A stretch of DNA of 64,000 bases from an uncultured Rhabdochlamydiaceae bacterium (lineage in GTDB: Bacteria; Chlamydiota; Chlamydiia; Chlamydiales; Rhabdochlamydiaceae), in the NCBI GenBank assembly GCA_963712275.1, contig CAVQHD010000001.1, forward strand, positions 416,001 to 480,000. The letters are read 5' to 3'. Below, piece after piece: positions 34,944 to 43,652 of this stretch. Both the position numbers and the translations under genes were made by a program. The notes below the pieces were generated by a model. The model was not told the DNA's origin. It searched no databases and saw nothing but the letters and a program-made list of their open reading frames with translations. Position 1 is the first letter of the stretch. Every line of letters begins with the position of its first letter.

Positions 34944-35939
34944 ATGCAGCGCATAAAAGAGTGGTTTTTAAAAAATCAACGGGATCTCCCCTGGAGGCAT
35001 AACCGAACTCCCTATCGAGTTTGGGTTTCTGAAGTGATGCTTCAACAAACCCAGGTCTCAGTCGTTATTCCTTATTTTTTACGGTGGATGCAAAAATTTC
35101 CTACCCTGGAGTCCCTAGCTCATGCCTCCGAAGAGGATGTCATCAAAGCATGGGAGGGACTTGGATATTATAGCCGAGCTAGAAATCTTCACAAAACCGC
35201 TTGCCTTCTCACCAGCCTCCGAAAAGGAGAAATTCCCTCCATTGCCAAAGAGCTTCAAGCACTTCCAGGATTCGGATCTTATACAGTTGGAGCTGTTTTA
35301 AGCTTTGCTTTTCAGCAAAAAGCCCCCGCTGTCGATGGAAATGTCATCCGGGTTCTTTCCCGCTATTTCGCCTCTTCTCAAGACTGCTCCAAAAGAGAGC
35401 ACTACGAACAGCTTACCCTCTCAGTCCTTCCAGAGAAAGAGCCTTGGATTGTGATGGAAGCGCTCATCGAGCTCGGAGCCCAGGTCTGCCTCCGAAAGCC
35501 CGAGTGCGCTAAATGCCCCATTCTAGAAGGGTGCCAGGCTTATCGCGAGGGGCGAGTCTCTGACTTTCCCATCCCTCGAAAACGGCCCCCTACGACCCTG
35601 CTTCAACGGCAAGTCGCTGTAATTTGCGCAAGCCACCTTGTTTTGGTCCATCAACAAAAAGGCCGAAAAGTGATGTCAGGCCTGTATGAATTTCCCTATG
35701 CCTCCACTGATCAGCCGCTTCCTATCCAGATACCCCTTAAAAAAATAGTTGACTTCCCAAGAGTTAAGCATGGCTTTACTCGGTATGACGTAACTCTTTT
35801 CCCCACCCTCTACAAGGCAGAGCATCCAGATACCATTGCTGGATATGAGTGGCGTGATTGGAAAACGTTAAAAGAACTCCCCTTTTCCTCAGGACATCGG
35901 AGAATTTTGGAGATGCTGAGTGCACATTTTACACACTGA
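34944..35939 (+). CDS. mutY: A/G-specific adenine glycosylase
   Basis: RDLPWR, VSEVMLQQTQV, WEGLGYYSRARNL, VDGNV, Fe-S motif CLRKPECAKCPILEGC. Confidence 0.96.
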   Translation: MQRIKEWFLKNQRDLPWRHNRTPYRVWVSEVMLQQTQVSVVIPYFLRWMQKFPTLESLAHASEEDVIKAWEGLGYYSRARNLHKTACLLTSLRKGEIPSIAKELQALPGFGSYTVGAVLSFAFQQKAPAVDGNVIRVLSRYFASSQDCSKREHYEQLTLSVLPEKEPWIVMEALIELGAQVCLRKPECAKCPILEGCQAYREGRVSDFPIPRKRPPTTLLQRQVAVICASHLVLVHQQKGRKVMSGLYEFPYASTDQPLPIQIPLKKIVDFPRVKHGFTRYDVTLFPTLYKAEHPDTIAGYEWRDWKTLKELPFSSGHRRILEMLSAHFTH

Positions 35940-37014
35940 AAGCTCTAATGGGTGGGGAGGGCAGGAGATTCGAATTCTCAAAGAATCGACTGGGCTTCGC
36001 GCTCAAGGATATCAGATCTCTCTTGCCGTCTGCCGTGGAGGAAAATTAGTCGATTATGCACGCAAAGAAGGATTTAATGTCATTGAAATTGACTTTCGGA
36101 GATCTCATGCTTTAAAAGCTCTCTGGGGCCTTTGCCAAATGATCTCCCAGCATCACATCGATCTTGTCAATACTCACAGCTCTCTTGATGCATGGCTCGG
36201 GGGAGTTGCAGCACGCCTCATGAGAAAGCCGATTGTTCGCACCCGCCATCTTTCAACTTTTATCCGAGGAGGACTGAATGCAAGGCTGCTTTACAACTCC
36301 CTTGCTGACTTTGTTGTGACAACCTCTTCCGGTCTTATTCCCATTCTCCAAAAAAAAGCACGCCTTCCAGCCAACCGAATTCAATGTATTCCAACGGGCG
36401 TCGAGCCCTTTCAAACAGCTCCAGAATCTGCCCGAGCTTTTCGCCGCTCTTTGAATGTCCAAGACGATGATATTTTAATTGGCTCGGTCTGCGTGGTTCG
36501 ATCCTGGAAAGGCATTCAAGACTTGATCGCAGCCGCAAAACTCTTACGCCATGATCCCCGACTAAAATGGGTCGTTGTGGGAGGAGGGTATTTACACCAC
36601 TTCAAGCCCCTTGTCGATCCTGACCTTCCCCTCATTTTCACCGGCCACTTAGAAGACCCCCGCCCCGCAATTGCCGCCCTCGATATTTTTGCTCTTCTAA
36701 GCACAGCCCATGAAGGCATCTCCCAGGCATCGCTGCAAGCCGCTTTTCTGCAAAAGCCACTCATTACAACAACCATTGGAGGGCTCCCTGAGGTCTGCCA
36801 AGATACGATTACCGGCTTTACAGTTCCTCCTTCTTCACCAGAAAAAGTCGCAAACGCCGTCCTTCGCCTTGCCAAAGAGCCCCTCCTTAGACATCAAATG
36901 GGGCAAGCAGCCCACCAGCTTGTCCTCCAAAAATACACCCTCCAGCATACCTTGGAGGGAATGGCAGGGGTGTTTAACGCGGCTACTTGTCCAAGATTAG
37001 ATTGCGGTTATTAA
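35920..37014 (+). CDS. Glycosyltransferase family 4
   Basis: HTESSNGWGGQE, NTHSSLD, WKG, EGISQASLQA. Confidence 0.9.
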   Translation: MHILHTESSNGWGGQEIRILKESTGLRAQGYQISLAVCRGGKLVDYARKEGFNVIEIDFRRSHALKALWGLCQMISQHHIDLVNTHSSLDAWLGGVAARLMRKPIVRTRHLSTFIRGGLNARLLYNSLADFVVTTSSGLIPILQKKARLPANRIQCIPTGVEPFQTAPESARAFRRSLNVQDDDILIGSVCVVRSWKGIQDLIAAAKLLRHDPRLKWVVVGGGYLHHFKPLVDPDLPLIFTGHLEDPRPAIAALDIFALLSTAHEGISQASLQAAFLQKPLITTTIGGLPEVCQDTITGFTVPPSSPEKVANAVLRLAKEPLLRHQMGQAAHQLVLQKYTLQHTLEGMAGVFNAATCPRLDCGY

Positions 37015-38316
37015 ACGAGGAATTTGCTCTATCATATAGAAGGGCACTGAGAGAATGTTATTTTCGAATGAGAGTGGAGCTTGAGATATCCGAATCCCTA
37101 GAGGAACTTTCTTCTCCAGCATAAATTGCCTAAGAGATCTTAAACTCCCTTTTTCACCTGCTTTGACTTCGATGGGAATCAGATGAGACCCTACTTCAAT
37201 GACGTAATCAATTTCTGCATCAGCTCCTTGTTTTTCCCTCTCCCAGTAATAAAGTTGTGCCGGGCTATACGGCTTTGCATAAGCAACGAGCTCTTGTCCA
37301 ACAAATTGTTCGCCCAGGACTCCTCTATTAGTAAGATTTAAGTCCTCCATATCCATCACCGATTGAGCAGCTGCTTGCGGAAGCAGTCCAATATCAAGGA
37401 ACAGCAATTTAAATTTCTTCTCATTTTTCTGGACGGCTAAAGGAAGTCCTGAGGCAGCGTTTGCAAAGACTTGATGGATAATTCCCGTTCGAGCTAATAC
37501 ATCAAGCGGCTCCAAATAATCGCGTGCTTGAGCATGGGCATGGATCTTAGCGTACTTAAAATGCTCACAGGCAAGCCTCGGCACTGCTTCAAATAAAAGC
37601 CGCATAAACTTTTGCTTCGAGCTCCGCGGATACTTGCCGATATCGTTTTCATAGGTATTCAATAAATGTTGATGAATAGGATCGAGACCTAAAAATTGCT
37701 GGGTTTTAAGAAAGAAAGAAACAGCCTCGGGCATTCCTCCCACAATGAAATATTCTTTCACAAATTGAAGAAGTTGCGCATGGGTTGCAGCTCCAACGGG
37801 TTGATCGGGAGTTGCTTCTTGAAGCCATGAAAGAGCTTCTTTCTCTTCTTTGGACTCTAAAAATTCAGTAAAGGAGAGAGGCCTCATATAAAAATACTCG
37901 ATCCTCCCTACAGGAAAAGAAAACTGTTCATCTCCTAAGATAAACTCAAGGAGAGATCCAGCTCCAATAACATGGAGCTCCGGCATTTTTTCTTTAAAAA
38001 ACCGAAGACTCAGAAGCGCGTTAGGACAAGCTTGTATTTCATCAAAAAACAAAAGGGTTTTCCCAGGAATAATCGGCTGTTTCATGCGTGCCGATAAATC
38101 GCGTACGATGAGGGAAGGGCTTAAGTCACCTTCAAATGCCTTTCTAACCTCTCTCATCTCTTCAAAATTCACCGTTAGCATAGACTCGAAATACTTCTGT
38201 CCAAATTTTTCGATGAGGTAGGTCTTCCCAATTTGTCTAGCCCCTCTGACAAGAAGAGGTTTACGGCCTAACCGCTCTTTCCACTCAACTAACTCTTTTT
38301 CGATGATTCTCTTCAT
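36997..38316 (-). CDS. AAA_14 ATPase with DUF4143 and PD-(D/E)XK-like C-terminus
   Basis: GARQIGKT, FFDEIQ, FPVGR, VGGMPE, EIDYVI..PIEVKAG. Confidence 0.9.
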   Translation of the reverse strand: MKRIIEKELVEWKERLGRKPLLVRGARQIGKTYLIEKFGQKYFESMLTVNFEEMREVRKAFEGDLSPSLIVRDLSARMKQPIIPGKTLLFFDEIQACPNALLSLRFFKEKMPELHVIGAGSLLEFILGDEQFSFPVGRIEYFYMRPLSFTEFLESKEEKEALSWLQEATPDQPVGAATHAQLLQFVKEYFIVGGMPEAVSFFLKTQQFLGLDPIHQHLLNTYENDIGKYPRSSKQKFMRLLFEAVPRLACEHFKYAKIHAHAQARDYLEPLDVLARTGIIHQVFANAASGLPLAVQKNEKKFKLLFLDIGLLPQAAAQSVMDMEDLNLTNRGVLGEQFVGQELVAYAKPYSPAQLYYWEREKQGADAEIDYVIEVGSHLIPIEVKAGEKGSLRSLRQFMLEKKVPLGIRISQAPLSFENNILSVPFYMIEQIPRLITAI

Positions 38317-38563
38317 ACTACCGATCTATTTTCTGCACTTTTGCATGAAATAGGGGGGTTATTTTCTTCAATTTTGCAGAAAATAAGGGTTTGGTCAAGT
38401 GCAGTTTTTTTATAAATACCTTTTACAAGACACTTTAATTCTATAAGCTATTAAAAAACAGCTTGTTACAATTAATCTCGCAGCCAGCTAAAAATTTTGC
38501 TATCCGAACTTTAGCTCGCCTTTGTGCCTTTTTGTGCAGTAGACTGCACAAAAAAGCCTATTT

Positions 38564-39349
38564 TTGTGCAGTCTAATGCACAAAAAAAGCTTTTTTGTTA
38601 AATTTTGTGAAATGGAAAAAATACCGTTTGGAAAGTTTGGATTTATCCAAAAAGAGGCCCTTGAATGGATTCGGCGCCATCTTCTGTCCTTCATGGGGAT
38701 AACAGGCTTTGTCATTGCGATGGCCTTTTGGAGTGTGCACCAGTGGTCCATGCGAGGGTCGCCTGCAGATTATCTATCGGCTGAGGTCGCTTTTAATGAA
38801 TGGACAGGGGATCGAAGCGAGCATTTTATCAAGCTTCACAAGCTTCTTAAACAACACCCTGAGCTTCATGCCAAATACGATGGCCGCATTGCGCAAAAAC
38901 TCCTCCTCAGCAGCCAGCAGGGACTTGCAGCAAGCTTTTCAAAAGCCACGCATACGCGTATTGGCAGCCTTTCCCCTTACTACAAACAATTTTCAAACTG
39001 CTCTCTTCTGATTGGAGAGAAAAAGCTTCAAGAGGCCCTTCTGCAATCGCAGCAGTTAAAACAGATGCTCGATGAGGATGATCAGTTTTGGCAAACAAAG
39101 AGCGAAATCGTCAAACACGGAGCAGTGCTCTATGGATACAATCTTTTACGCATCGCTTTTTTAGAACAAGCCCTTGGAAATGCTCAGGGGGAATTAGAGG
39201 CCTGGCAGGAATTTAGGAGAAATAGCACTAAACAGCTCGACCCCGAAGCCTACCATCTAATTGGGCAAAATTTTCAAAAAAACGACATCTCTCTTCAAGA
39301 TTTCATTGAGCATCGAGAGGAAGCGCTCTCTAAAACTCACATCCGCTGA
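38564..39349 (+). CDS. Membrane-anchored helical hypothetical protein
   Basis: Single N-terminal TM then helical body; true start probably ATG 38612. Confidence 0.65.
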   Translation: MCSLMHKKSFFVKFCEMEKIPFGKFGFIQKEALEWIRRHLLSFMGITGFVIAMAFWSVHQWSMRGSPADYLSAEVAFNEWTGDRSEHFIKLHKLLKQHPELHAKYDGRIAQKLLLSSQQGLAASFSKATHTRIGSLSPYYKQFSNCSLLIGEKKLQEALLQSQQLKQMLDEDDQFWQTKSEIVKHGAVLYGYNLLRIAFLEQALGNAQGELEAWQEFRRNSTKQLDPEAYHLIGQNFQKNDISLQDFIEHREEALSKTHIR

Positions 39350-39717
39350 GATGCATCGCTTGCCATCTGATGGATCGCCCTTCCGCCGGCAATCCCTACA
39401 ATTAAAAAGATAAGAAAGGGGACAATGCAAGCTAAAATAAGAGCGACGACTCCCAAGACAATTTGAACTGTTTTATCTTGCCGAAAAATGAACTGAAAGA
39501 CTTTTTTCAGGAGAAAATCTGTTTTCACAGGGAGGATAATGCCGAGAATACCGCCTGCCATCCCTAGAAAAACACTCCATCCCGACCTAAAACTTCCGAC
39601 GATTCCAAAAATACAAGCAAAGAGAAACACCAAGCAAAAAAACACTTCAAACCGATGCCTTTTTGCAAACTCTTCAATCTCTCTTACAGACATTCCTTCT
39701 TTTTTATTTCCATCCAT
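39337..39717 (-). CDS. Small membrane protein
   Basis: 3-4 hydrophobic segments; GAGGGA RBS. Confidence 0.7.
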   Translation of the reverse strand: MDGNKKEGMSVREIEEFAKRHRFEVFFCLVFLFACIFGIVGSFRSGWSVFLGMAGGILGIILPVKTDFLLKKVFQFIFRQDKTVQIVLGVVALILACIVPFLIFLIVGIAGGRAIHQMASDASQRM

Positions 39718-39804
39718 ACTTCCCTCGCTTTCTTCGCACTTTATCTATAAACATTCTTTTTTGCAATCTCTGCCATCAACCGAGCTCTTTAAAATATTGA
39801 AAGG

Positions 39805-41163
39805 ATGCCCTACACTTTTACCGAGATGGAATTCATAACCCACACAGCATTTATAGACAAATGGATGCTTCAGATCTATCGATGTCTTTTTGCTTTTGCA
39901 GTCCTTTTATCAATTGCGTTGGGGGGATATTTAGTATTGGGAGGAGCGAAGTCTTCAGAAGGTAAAAAGGCTTCCTTTTCGATTGAAAAAGAGGTTTTAG
40001 GTCAGGGCTTGCTCGCCTTGAATTCTTGTAGAGAGCCGTTGATTCTTCAAGAGTTGCTTTTGGTCGGCGTCAATACAAGGCCTGATCAAGATCGACAATT
40101 TTCTTTAGCTCTTCGCTCAACAGGCGAGCAGAAAATAGGGACACTGGGCGAAACAATTTTCTTGCAGCAAGTCCATGGAACTTGGATGTTCTCAACAGAA
40201 CCAGAACTTTCTTTAACGCCTTATTCTGTGGAGGGGACGCAGCTTCTCTGCAAGCTTAACAACGACCAGGCTGTTTTGACACCTTCCTCGCTCTTTTTGC
40301 GGCCGCTTGCCCACGAGAGCTATGTGGAGGCGCTAAAAAAAGGGACGGCTTGGGGAACCGATGTCTTTTTAGCAGGCTGGGGAGGGGACGAATATCGAAA
40401 CTTAACACAAAAGGTCAAAGTGGCAATTGGCCCCAGTGTTTACTTTCTAAACGTGGGGGATTGTCTGTATTGGAATGGAGAAAAGTGGACGGAGGACCCG
40501 TCAATGAATAACTTCCTCATCTTAAACCGCGCGAAAGCTCCCGCAATTGAGTTGTCGGAGAGGGGGGAAGTATCGATGAATACACCCCCCCTCTCCGACA
40601 ATCTCAATCCCGGGGCTTTGGCGCGGTTTAAGATGGGAAGTTATTCATTGACGGGTCCTGAGAAAGCGGTGGGCCCGATCGCCCAGCTTGTGAGAGGGTC
40701 CTCGCAAGGAGTCGACTTTCAAGTGTGGGATGAGACAGGTTTCTCATCAGAAAAGATTCATCTCGCTATGGAAAGCTCCCCTAAAACATCTTTTAAAATG
40801 GATGAGCTTATGACTGCCATCCGTCCTCGCACCGCATCAGAGATCACCTGCCAGCTTGGGAAAAGACGTGTCATCCTCAAAGAAGGAGACTGGTGGATTC
40901 GAACAGATCGCAGGTGGAAGCCGGTTCGAACAGCTGCAGACCTTGAAGCCTGTTTGCATCATCAAATCGCCGGAGAGCTTTTTATCTTTGAAAAAATTGA
41001 AACAACGAAAGGAAAAGTGACACTAAAAGGACAGGCTTTCGATCGGATGCGCACCTTCTCAGAACCTGTCTCACTCACTGTGCATACTGAAAAAAAACTG
41101 CTCCATTTAGCTGAAAAACCTTCCCAAAAATCGTCTGTCCCTCTTGCTAAGAAGCTGCCTTAA
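39805..41163 (+). CDS. Hypothetical protein upstream of gspD (CT573-like position) carrying an in-frame palindromic insertion
   Basis: N-terminal TM; lies directly before gspD; peptide DPSMNN...SLTGPE is encoded by palindrome 40493-40659. Confidence 0.75.
   Translation: MPYTFTEMEFITHTAFIDKWMLQIYRCLFAFAVLLSIALGGYLVLGGAKSSEGKKASFSIEKEVLGQGLLALNSCREPLILQELLLVGVNTRPDQDRQFSLALRSTGEQKIGTLGETIFLQQVHGTWMFSTEPELSLTPYSVEGTQLLCKLNNDQAVLTPSSLFLRPLAHESYVEALKKGTAWGTDVFLAGWGGDEYRNLTQKVKVAIGPSVYFLNVGDCLYWNGEKWTEDPSMNNFLILNRAKAPAIELSERGEVSMNTPPLSDNLNPGALARFKMGSYSLTGPEKAVGPIAQLVRGSSQGVDFQVWDETGFSSEKIHLAMESSPKTSFKMDELMTAIRPRTASEITCQLGKRRVILKEGDWWIRTDRRWKPVRTAADLEACLHHQIAGELFIFEKIETTKGKVTLKGQAFDRMRTFSEPVSLTVHTEKKLLHLAEKPSQKSSVPLAKKLP
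40493..40659. mobile_element. 167-bp palindromic element subfamily A inserted in frame
   Basis: AGGACCCGTCAATGAATAACTTCC...GGAAGTTATTCATTGACGGGTCCT; shares AAAGCTCCCGC and CCCGGGGCTTT with 22628-22796. Confidence 0.92.
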
Positions 41164-41320
41164 AACTCAGGGTTCGTCACTTTTTGGAGGATTTTTGGCC
41201 AATTTTCGCTTTATTTGGTGGGGGTAATATACGAAAGTTGATATAACCCCCACCAAATAAAGCGAAAATTGGCTCAAAAAGCCCCAAAAATCGACAGAAG
41301 CTGAGCTTTAAGATAGCTTC
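41151..41320. mobile_element. 170-bp palindromic element subfamily B with TAA direct repeats
   Basis: TAA-GAAGCT...AGCTTC-TAA; inner stem AATTTTCGCTTTATTTGGTGGGGGT / ACCCCCACCAAATAAAGCGAAAATT. Confidence 0.9.
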
Positions 41321-41333
41321 TAAGGGCCCGTAA

Positions 41334-43652
41334 ATGAATAACTTAGTGAGAGTTTTAGTCTTTATTCTTATTCCTTTTTTACTGGGAGCGGAATCGATCT
41401 CTGAAAAAAAGGCCTCACTTTTAGATAAATCTGACGCGCGGGAGGCCGATGCTGTTTTTCTTAACCAAGAACTGAGCGAACTTAAAAAGAGGTTACAAGA
41501 GAGCTATGCTAAAGCTGAGAAGCTAGCGGCAGAAGGGGCGGACACCACCTCTTTTCGGGCGCTCTTAGAAGAGGTCAATGAGATCAAGCAAAAAAAAGAT
41601 CTTCTTGAGGAGTCTTGGAGATTAGTTGCTGTCGATGAAGGGATGCAAGATGGAGAGCCGTATGCTCTCTGGGATCAAGAAGAGGTCACATTGACGGAAC
41701 TGATCACAGAATATGGGTCTTCCGATTACCTCTACATCATTCCAACGGAGTTTGCCACTGTCAAGCTCCACCTTCACTCCAACATCCCGATTCCCAGGCA
41801 GTCGTGGTCTGATCTTTTAGAAACAACTCTCTATCATCAAGGATTTGGACTCAAAAGGCTCAACCCTTTTGCAAGGCAGCTTTATCTTCTCAAACAAGAT
41901 CTCGGCACTGTGCAAACCATTGCCTACCGCCGAGAGCATGTGGCTCTTGCTCCTCCAAGAAGCCGAATCTGCTATGTCGTTCTCCCTCCCTTAGAACAAG
42001 TGAAATCGGTCTTTCATTTTTTTGAAAAATTTTCCGATAACAAACAAACCTTTGTGCACCAATTGGGAGCTAAGATTGCGCTTGTCGCCTCAAAAGAAGA
42101 GATAGAAAAACTGCTCGATTTTTATGAAAAAGTCTGGGGCTCCCAAAGCGGAAAAACAACACGTGTCGTCTCAATCTCTAAGATTCCTATTCGGGAGATG
42201 GAAAAAATTTTACAAGGTTTTTTTGGTGAAGCCATTGAAAAAAGTCGGGCTCCCTTTGGGAAAGCAGAGCAAGAGGGCCTTGGAATTTTTCCTATTGGCG
42301 CAACAAACAGCCTTGTCTTGATTGGCTCTAAAGAAAGCGTTGATAGAGCGGAAAAAATCATCCGAGAAACAGAGGACCAACTTGAAGATCCTGCAGAGAT
42401 GACCATCCACCTCTATACCTGCCGCCATAGCGACCCCACCGACCTTGCTCATGTGCTTGGAAAAGTCTATGTCTCCCTGCTGACAAGCAACCAGGAAACA
42501 GCGCCGAAAGAAACAGAGGTCTCTTACTCTTCTCAAATCCAAGGCTCTAGAGCTCCGCCCGATGGCTACCCTCCGATGCCTCCTCTTGTGGTGTCTCCTC
42601 CTCCGCTCAAACCTGGAGTTGTTTCAAAGGTTGACATTGAAGAAGGGTTCTCCGATCATTTTATCCCCGATCCTAAAACGGGGACGATCTTAATGACAGT
42701 GCGCCGCGATGCTCTTGGAAAAATCAAAGACCTTCTCAAAAAGCTCGATATCCCCAAAAAAATGGTTCAAATTGAAGTTCTCATGTTTGAGCGCCGCTTG
42801 AATTCGCAGAATAATTATGGGCTCAACCTTCTCAAATTGGGGCGGCCCAAAAATGGAGTCAGCTATATCCCTTCGATGGGAGGACATCACCACCACCTTA
42901 AAGGACCGCTGCCGGGCGTTTTACAATTCTTCTTCCACGGCCCCGCCCACAAATATACGCCTCATTATGATGTCGCTTATAATTTTCTGCTAACGCAGGA
43001 CGATATTCAACTCAATGCAGCCCCTTCTGCAGTCACAGTGAACCAAACACCGACGACGATTTCAATCGTTGAAGAAATTTCGATCAACAATGGAGCAGCC
43101 CCTATTGATACGAATAAAGGCACTTCTTTTGAAAAATCGTTTGCAAGGGCCAATTACGGAATTATTATTAATTTAACCCCTACCATTCACATGTCCGATG
43201 AGGATGGAGGGCCTGGATCTGTCACAATTCAAACAAATATCACTTTTGATACGACAAAACCTCATCCCGATGATCGGCCTCTTGTTGACCGGCGCCATAT
43301 CCAAAATGAAGTGTGTGTAGTTGATGGGGAAACGATTATCATTGGAGGGCTTCGTCGAAAATCCCGCAACGACCAGGAAGAAAAAGTTCCTTTTTTTGGA
43401 GACCTCCCAGGAATCGGTAAACTCTTCGGTAGCACTAGACTTACCAATCACGAAACAGAAATGTTCTTTTTCATTACCCCAAAAATCATCTATGATCCGA
43501 AGGAAGAGGTCCAAAAAATTCGGACAGAAGAGCTTAAAAAACGACCAGGAGACATTCCAGAATTTCTCGTGCGCGTAGAAGAAGCTTTCGAAAAGCAAAA
43601 AAAGAAATTTTTTAATGACAGCTTGAAAACATTGTTTTCCAATGATCGTTAA
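41334..43652 (+). CDS. gspD: Type II secretion secretin GspD
   Basis: Signal peptide, LDIPKKMVQIEV, DGETIIIGGL, KVPFFGDLPGIGKLF, FITPKII. Confidence 0.92.
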   Translation: MNNLVRVLVFILIPFLLGAESISEKKASLLDKSDAREADAVFLNQELSELKKRLQESYAKAEKLAAEGADTTSFRALLEEVNEIKQKKDLLEESWRLVAVDEGMQDGEPYALWDQEEVTLTELITEYGSSDYLYIIPTEFATVKLHLHSNIPIPRQSWSDLLETTLYHQGFGLKRLNPFARQLYLLKQDLGTVQTIAYRREHVALAPPRSRICYVVLPPLEQVKSVFHFFEKFSDNKQTFVHQLGAKIALVASKEEIEKLLDFYEKVWGSQSGKTTRVVSISKIPIREMEKILQGFFGEAIEKSRAPFGKAEQEGLGIFPIGATNSLVLIGSKESVDRAEKIIRETEDQLEDPAEMTIHLYTCRHSDPTDLAHVLGKVYVSLLTSNQETAPKETEVSYSSQIQGSRAPPDGYPPMPPLVVSPPPLKPGVVSKVDIEEGFSDHFIPDPKTGTILMTVRRDALGKIKDLLKKLDIPKKMVQIEVLMFERRLNSQNNYGLNLLKLGRPKNGVSYIPSMGGHHHHLKGPLPGVLQFFFHGPAHKYTPHYDVAYNFLLTQDDIQLNAAPSAVTVNQTPTTISIVEEISINNGAAPIDTNKGTSFEKSFARANYGIIINLTPTIHMSDEDGGPGSVTIQTNITFDTTKPHPDDRPLVDRRHIQNEVCVVDGETIIIGGLRRKSRNDQEEKVPFFGDLPGIGKLFGSTRLTNHETEMFFFITPKIIYDPKEEVQKIRTEELKKRPGDIPEFLVRVEEAFEKQKKKFFNDSLKTLFSNDR

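Noticed and set aside
38529..38590. Possible CRISPR array from ~32-bp periodic repeats (also 9980-10040, 38326-38386)
   Set aside because: Only two units each, no unique spacers of normal size and no cas genes in the window
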